Shown here: positions 56,866 through 64,000 of the stretch, piece by piece
Numbering within the stretch: position 1 is the stretch's first letter
Layout: each line of letters starts with the position of its first letter
NCBI RefSeq assembly: GCF_009914755.1
Contig: NC_060934.1
Strand: one strand, 5' to 3'
Length of the DNA stretch: 64,000 bases
Origin: the human T2T-CHM13v2.0 reference genome, Homo sapiens
Notes under the pieces: generated by a model
Databases searched by the model: none
Told to the model about the DNA's origin: nothing
What the model saw: the letters and a program-made list of their open reading frames with translations, nothing else
Position numbers and translations under genes: made by a program

Positions 56866-57829
56866 GACTCTCAGATTTTTAAAAAGCCCCCACACTGCAT
56901 GTGCCTTCGCCCCATGACAAGGCAAATCTGCAGCCACAGCTGCATGTCCCCTTCACAGTGTGGTCCTCTCTTGAAGATGCCCCACATTTGCCACCATGTT
57001 TGTCCCTTGAAGCCCTCCAGGATCTACAGGTGACCAAGAGCCTGCTGTCTGGTTATGGAAGGTCTCAGCTTTGGTTGTGTCAGTGAATGAAGACCAGGAC
57101 AGTCACAGTTGTATGAGGAGGCTGGGGGCATCCCTTACAGTCCCTTTGAGGGAGGTGCAGTCCTTGTAGCTGGATGACCATAGAGAACCAGCTTCTCTGC
57201 TGAACCAGGTAAGTGCTGTAGATGAGGCCACCAGGCTGTTGGCCACCTTGAAGGGCACTGCAGGGAGGGAGTGCTTCTGTCAGTGTGTGGAGGCAGAGAT
57301 AAGGCTCGGACAGTGGCAGGACTTCAGGGATATTTGTTGTGACTGTGTCACACAGCCAGAGCCACCTCCCCCAACCTTGGAGGCTGCTGACTCTGCCCCA
57401 CCCTTCACTACACACCCAGCAGAATAGAGCGGTCACTGGCCAAAGGCTCAGGGGCTTCGAGGAAACTTAGCCTCTGTGGCCAACACCTGGCTCTCTGGAT
57501 CAGCCATGGCTTAGCTCCTGTCCCAAAAAACACTCTGTACCTCTGAAAAGTGCTATAGGCCTGGCCCCTCAAGGCCCGGAAGCCCCAGGAAAGGCCTCCA
57601 TGGGTGGAGCAGGGGCTGGTGTCAAGCAGGCGCTCTGCAGAGGCACAGATCTCTGCATGATTGATGCTGGAAAGGCCAAGCTTTCACAGGATACCCTCGA
57701 TTTTACTCAGGCCCACAAAGCCCTTGGGGTTGTGCCTCGATTTTACTCTCGATTTTACTCAGGCCCACAAAGCCAGTGGGGCTGGCTGCCTCAGTGGCCG
57801 CAGTTCCTCACCGATTTCAGTGCCCACGC

Positions 57830-58220
57830 TTACTGCTCTGTGACAGAAGTTTCCCACATTGAAGAGGTGGAGCCTGTTTCCTACCTGAGAATCTGGACTG
57901 GCCTCAGGACTTGCTTTGACCAATAGCCAGTGGCAGGTGTGAGGGTGTACTCGTTCTGAGCCTAGCTCTCAAGAGGATGTTCATAGTCTGCCTGCTCTCT
58001 CTTGCACCACTGGTGTGCTGCAGTAGCCTTCGATGAGACCAGCCTACACCAGCCAACAGCCAAACACCCTTGGATTCACAACCAAACTCATCCAAAATCA
58101 GTTGAGTCCAGAGGAGATCTCCCAACCCTCAGCCTTGACTCATGGCTATAAATAATAAATGATTATCATTTTAAGCCACTGGATTTTGGGATTGGCTGTT
58201 ATGCAGCAATAGCTGATGCA
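57830..58220 (+). mobile_element. MLT1 (F/G-like) LTR
   Basis: CCCACATTGAAGAGGTGGAG...GACTTGCTTTGACCAATAG...TTTTAAGCCACTGG...TTATGCAGCAATAGCT. Confidence 0.7.
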
Positions 58221-58309
58221 CCTGTGAACTTACCCACCCACTTCCAACACTTAATAATGGTTTGAGGGATGACAAATGCTGGGGTTTGCTACTGACAACA
58301 TTCATATGC

Positions 58310-58550
58310 ATCATGATCATAATCATCTTATTAACACCATGTATTGGGCATCATCAGCTTCCCGCAGCCCCGTGCTAGAGACTTTACATATAGCATATGC
58401 TTGGACCTTCCCAACCACACTGGGAGGCAGGTATTATTCCTCCACATTTGACAGGTGATGAAACTGAGATGCAGAGAAGTTAACTAATTTGCCTGAGGTC
58501 ACACGGACAACAAGTAGCAGTCACAGAATTCAGACCGTTCCTGTCTGCCT
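58310..58550 (-). mobile_element. MIR SINE
   Basis: GGTATTATTCC...ACAGGTGATGAAACTGAGATGCAGAGAAGTTAACTAATTTGCCTGAGGTCACAC. Confidence 0.75.
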
Positions 58551-58730
58551 CATGCAAATGAAATATTCTCACGAAAAATATATTCAGAGAGCACCGTGCA
58601 GCCCCAGCTCCCTCCCCCCAGGTCCCAAGCTTCCTCCTGACTTTGGATCTTGGGAATCTAACTGGGGACCAGCGGGCAGTGCATGCAATGGCTTCAGTGC
58701 CATCAAAACCAGCATCTTTTACTTTAAACA

Positions 58731-58851
58731 GCCGAGGCAGCAGAATCGCTTGAACCCGGGAAGTGGTGGTTCCAGTGAGCTGAGATTGCGCCACTGCTCT
58801 CCAGCCTGGGTGACAGAGAGAGACTCCATCTCAAAATAATAAATAAATAAA
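58731..58851 (+). mobile_element. Alu right-monomer fragment
   Basis: GAGGCAGCAGAATCGCTTGAACCCGGG...GACTCCATCTC plus (AAAT)n tail. Confidence 0.88.
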
Positions 58852-59619
58852 ATGCTTAGTCCCTTAGCTTCTGATCAGAAGAGCTGCCCAACTTGATCTC
58901 TGGAGAGCTCACATGAACTGACTTCTTTCCCAGGGAGCCGTCCTGATTCAAAATCCAGGCATAAGCCAGGAGTGGTTCCCCTTGAGTGACTCAGAGTTTC
59001 AGAGAGAGGGTGTGCATAGGTCTGGTTAACCTAATGTGCACAATAAAAATTTTTATTAAAAAGAAACGAAGAAGCTGAGGAGATGGCAATTGGCCATGGA
59101 AGGGCATTATTTTTTATTGGAATTAGGATTCTTTGATTTAAAAAATACATAAACCCTCAATTTTCTTTCTCTCACTTGGCTTAGCAGCCTGTGAAAAGTT
59201 TCCAAAGGCAATTTCAATATTGGCGGAGAGAACATCTCTGGACTTGCTCGCTTTTCCTGAACTGTCTGTTCTGAGAATTCAAGTCACAGCCACCCAGACT
59301 CCCAGCATGTGCGCCCTCTCGCCAGGGCCCCGGGGCCGTATCCTTACACTTGAGGCCAAATATCCATCCCAACACTTGCCTCTGTGTTCTCCTCCACATG
59401 CTCTTAGGGTTTTGCCAAGACAGACTGAATTTTATTTTAACAAATAGGTTTCTAGAGGTTTCGATTGAAAGGTAAAATTCCTGTGGTTCGTGAAGAGGCA
59501 ACAAGCTCATGGATGTGATGATTGCTCTGCATAACTGAGGATTCTGGTTATCCGAGAGCCTCTATGAACTCAAGGGGAATGATCCTTAGATCAGAGCTGA
59601 CTCCTTGTCAGGTAGCTTT

Positions 59620-59880
59620 TAATAAGTTGCGTGCTGTGCGCATTTTCTGGGTCATCTCATTTAATTTTCACAACAGCCCTTTGAAGCAGGTTTTTTATAA
59701 TTTCTATTTCACAGAGGCAGAAGTGGAGACCCAGTAATGTTGAGTAACTTAAATTCAACCAGCAAACATTTATTGAATATCTACGTGTGTCAGGCACTGT
59801 CTTGGGCACAGGGGATACCACAGGATTGAAACTGACAAGGCAAAACTGCCCACGATCACAGAGCTGGGGGAGGCAGCCTC
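59620..59880 (-). mobile_element. MIR fragment followed by L2 3' end
   Basis: TCTCATTTAATTTTCACAACAGCCCT (MIR); CAGCAAACATTTATTGAATATCTACGTGTGTCAGGCACTG (L2). Confidence 0.7.
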
Positions 59881-62800
59881 AGGATGAAAGTGTATGGGAC
59901 TTCCAGGTATGAGCTCTGACCTGTTGTACTGAATCCCTGCTCAAGGCCACATCAAGGATTTTGAATAAAATAAACGACGGCACCCGGGGCACTTTTAGAA
60001 CTGGCAAAGTGCACCTGGAGTTAAGCACCCACCTTTTGCACCTTCTCAGTTGTTTTGAATAAGATTCCAATTCATAAAAATGCATCTGACATTTGTTGAG
60101 CCCCAACCGTGGGCCAGGTGGACTTTGCTGCCTTCTCATGGTGGATTATTTTGGCAGTTCCTCAAGACAGATGCACCTTTTGCAGATGAGGAAATTGGAC
60201 TTGGAGAAGTGACCTGATTTGCCCAGGGATGCTCAGTGGGCAGGTGGAATGGGGGCTTGGACCAGAACCAAGCACACTGGCTGCCTTCTGTGGGTTGTGC
60301 CCTGCTCCTGCCAACCTGGGTCTTGAATCTGCTTGGAAGTACAGTTGGCAGTAACTCACCCAGGGGTGTAATCCTCTCTCCCACATAAGACATCTGGCTG
60401 GGGGAGAAGGAGGGTGATCACTCTGCTCCGTCATCGCATTCCATCATTTACCGCTTCAAACTGTCCTGTTTAAACCTCTTCTCTTCCTACCCAGAGATGG
60501 ACCTCCACATTTACTTCAAGGGCTGATGAGCAAACCACCGTCTCCACCTGCCTCCTGCGCAGGTGCCCCAGGGGCTTGCACTGTCCCCATGCACTCACTA
60601 CGTACTCACGGGGAGACACTCCTGGGGCACCTAGCACCTGCCCAGTGCAGTGCCTGTCCAGGGCTGGGGTCAGGGACCGAGATACCTTTGCAGAATAGTG
60701 CTTGGTTTGAGTTGTCCCCAGGTACAGAGGGAGGTCAGGAGACAGGAGAATGGCAGGAGGGAGGCTGGCGAGGAGCCAGGGCCTGGTCCAGGGCTGGTGC
60801 CGACCTCAGAGTGTGAACCACATGCTGTGGGCCTTTGGAGGCTTAGAAGCCATGGGGGAAGTGACCCAGGCCTCTGCTGATTCCAGGTTCCCAAAGACAT
60901 AGCTGACAAGCCTCACCCTGAAAGGGGCTTCTTTGAGGGTTGAGAAGAACAAAGCGGGAGGAACTGTTTTGTCTTCGTGGCTGAAAAGATTTGCAGCCCC
61001 AAAGGAGCAGCAATGCACAGCTCATCCGAGAAAGCATAAACCGCTGAGAACATTCTCCCCTTCCGAGGGTCCTTTGAAAATGAACAAGCCCCAGTGTACC
61101 GGAAACACAGTGCAGACCCCTGGATGCCACCTTGTAAACAGGGCCGGGGGCATGTCCAGCTCTGCTCTACAACAATCGCCCTGTGTTGTGGGGGAGTGTG
61201 GACAGACCCCATGCTCCCGTTCACTGGAAGGCAAGCGAGAGTTAAGTTTCCTGGACTTCTTCTGAGCACCATTATCCGGGGGTAGCGGGCGTAGCCTCCA
61301 GAGCCTTGGCCTGTGCAGGTGTTTGCCCCGCACTTGACACTCCCCAACCGGGTGACGTCTCAGGTGTCCGAGGGGGAACTCCATTCCTGCAGCCCCACCA
61401 GGCTCGCCGAAAGCCTGGGCACCAGCATGCCTCGGGGAGGGCTGAGCCCCAGGCCCGGGAAGGGGTGCCTAGCTGACCCTGGCGTGTGTGTCCTCCTGGC
61501 TCACCTGGGGCACCCTGCCTCCCTGTTGGTGTTGTTCTGTCCAGCTCTGTGACCGCCCCACTCTCAACAATGAGGCGGCCTGTGGTCCTCACTGGCCAAA
61601 TGGACTCTCCTCTGGGAGTTTGAATCTGTAGCAGCCACCCAGAGAAGGAGGGTGGGTGGACTCCCAGGAGCTCCCAGCCCTCTGAAGCCCAGTTTCATCA
61701 TGGACTATCCAGTATCCTCCCAACATTTGCCTTAAGTTTCCACCAAGAATCTTAAATGGAACAGAAGATTTGGGGCAATGACATCCACCAGGGTGTCTCT
61801 CAGAAACATGCTGATGGGACCATGGAGGGCCTCATGGAGGCGGGGTCTTTTCCTCTGGGCTCTGACAGATAAAGGCATTGAGAGGTGAAGTAGGGAGGGG
61901 GTAATGCTGCTGCCAGGTGGGAAGATGGGGCCCCAGCAGTTGCTGGCTCCTCCGTGCAGTCCCCTGACCTCCTGCCAGAAGGGGGGCAAGGGGGGAGCCC
62001 TCCTGAGCCAGGGGCCATGCTTGGTGTGTCTCCTTTGACTGAAGTCACAGGACTGTTCCACCCAGAACAGCAGGGTTGGGGGAGCCTGGGCACCAGCATG
62101 TCTTGGGAGGGCTGAGCCCCAGGCCAGGGCAGGGGTGCCCCATGTCACCATCCCTCAGCCCAGCATGGCAGACTGACCATTTGCCTCAGTTTCTCTAATG
62201 CCATCTGCTCTTCACCTGAGTCAAGGGGATAAACAATTTAGAAAAACAAAGCCCCCGAAAAATGCAATCTCAGCATTAGGCATGGTGTTATAATAGAGAC
62301 AGCATACAAGAGACTGAATTCTAGAAGCTGCAATCAACAGGCCGACTCCCTCCCCAGGGGCATCAGGGGCTGCCGGGGGTATCTTGGGCCCACTTATGCA
62401 CGGGCATTTCAGGGGTCACAGGAGGTGAAAAAGCAGGCTTGGCTTCAGGTTTAAGGACCAAGAGAGACTCACCATGCTGTTGCCCCAAATGGTCACTTTC
62501 AAACCCACCAGTGTCCTCCAAAAAAGCTGCTTATATTTTTAAACACCAGGGTCAAATGTTTTAACAATAAATTCTTGTCCCGCAGTGAATAATTTGCTTT
62601 AGTTTCTGTGGGATTAGTAGTCATGGAAAGCTAGAGCTTTCCTTGCCTGTACTAACTGTCACTTCTGATGCACTAAGGACAGGATTAGGTACAGCCAGAT
62701 GACATTTATATACAACAATTTTTCTGCTAATAAAATACCCTACAGATTCTTATGCAGCCCCAGCTTCACATGTCAGAGACTGAAAATAGCTCTAATCCTG

Positions 62801-63229
62801 ACTCTCCCTCCACCCCCAGAATGAGAAGAGCATCTTTTTAACCCCCATTTAACAGTAGAGGAAGCCGAGGTTCAGAGATGGCAGCAGGGAGATCCCTGAC
62901 TCCCATGGCCAGCCGAACAGGGACTGAAACCCAGGTCTACCCTCGGGGAGGTGACAGGCACCCTCCCACCCTCCTCCCTCTTTCCTTTGAAGGTTCATTT
63001 CCAGATCTTGCCCTGGGTTGAAGCAAGAGATAGTTAAAAAAAAAAAAAAAAAAGAGTAAGATGAGGCCTCACCATTCCCAGAACACACTTAGCTTACATT
63101 TTCAGGTGTTGGAAGCCCCGGAGCCTCACAGGGGACCACGCCCACTGCCAGGAGCTGCAGCGATTCCCCTTTTGTGGTCAGGGAGGCCTTGGAGCCCTGG
63201 GTGACCCTGTGACTTCCCAGGCTGCAGGT

Positions 63230-64000
63230 GGGATTGAGCCAGGCACTGCGCACGCAGCACTGTGAGCCGCTGGCCCAGGCCAGGCTCCAGAGATGGGAGC
63301 TCCGCGGGTTCACAGTCGTCTGTGACAGCAGAGCTGAGGGGAGGACGCAGACCCTGGCCTGACCTTGGGCTACCTCTCAGGGTTAGGCCACTGCCTCTGC
63401 TGCAGACCCAGGCGGCGCCCAAAGCCTGGGCGTCCCTCCGCTGCAGTGAAAGGGAAAAGAAAACCGGGCTGCGGTAATGCCTGGAGCCAAAATCTCAGGG
63501 AGAAGCCCAGCTCCCGACACCTACCCTCTTAAAGTGCAGTTGGATTGAATGAGGCTAAAGGAAGTAACAGGAACCCCGGCCTGGAGGAAGGAGCACGTGC
63601 TATAGGCCTCAGAGGGTGGCAGAGGAGGTCTGCAGGGGCGAGAATCTCGGACAGAGCCGAGGCACAGGTGAGCGGTGCCCGGCACAGCAGCCTGGTAGAT
63701 GGGATCGGGGCGGACAGCGGGGGAGAGCGGAGAGGGGTCCGCCTGGGTTCACACCCCAACACCCACCAGGAGCCCCTGGGAACCAGTCAGGCCCCCAGCC
63801 CAATCCCAGTTTCCCCAGGCCACTGCTGGAACAAAAAGCCTCACTGCAGACAATGGGCCCTTTCTGTAGATGCCCGCTCGGGGCTGGGCACAATCGCCGA
63901 TTCATAAGCCAGGCAAGGCCCCACAATACCCAGGCTGTGTCCAAGAAGGACACCGACGGGAACTCGGAGAGGCCAGTGTCTTTGGTGGGGAAAGGCTGCC
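63230..64000. promoter_or_regulatory. GC-rich, CpG-enriched segment (possible CpG-island shore or weak island), open at the window edge
   Basis: Visibly higher CpG density than the rest of the window; GC-box GGGGCGG near 63707 and E-box CACGTG near 63594. Confidence 0.4.

Overview
This is not prokaryotic DNA. It is primate, most likely human, non-coding genomic sequence, judged from AluJ/S/Y, FLAM, L1PA/L1M, L2, MIR, THE1/MST/MLT1 and MER DNA-transposon fossils. I find no supportable protein-coding gene, RNA gene or CRISPR array. The only ORFs with recognisable homology are decayed L1 ORF2/ORF1 fragments. Roughly half the window is interspersed repeat, and several insertions keep readable target-site duplications (TSDs). 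Between the repeats lie several AT-rich, repeat-free, CpG-retaining blocks dense in homeodomain/SOX/GATA/TALE motifs (strongest at ~17.7-18.15 kb). They look like the conserved enhancers of a developmental-gene desert or large intron, but conservation and locus identity cannot be established without a search. The most unusual structures seen directly are: an ~83 bp inverted duplication at 8.1-8.8 kb that includes unique (non-Alu) flank and brackets a rearranged Alu pair; a TSD-bounded twin-primed (5'-inverted) L1; a three-level LTR nest; head-to-head THE1 solo LTRs; and several small local duplications or template-switch scars. Repeat family names are from memory of consensus sequences, and boundaries of old repeats are approximate (tens of bp). 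I found no convincing new biological system.
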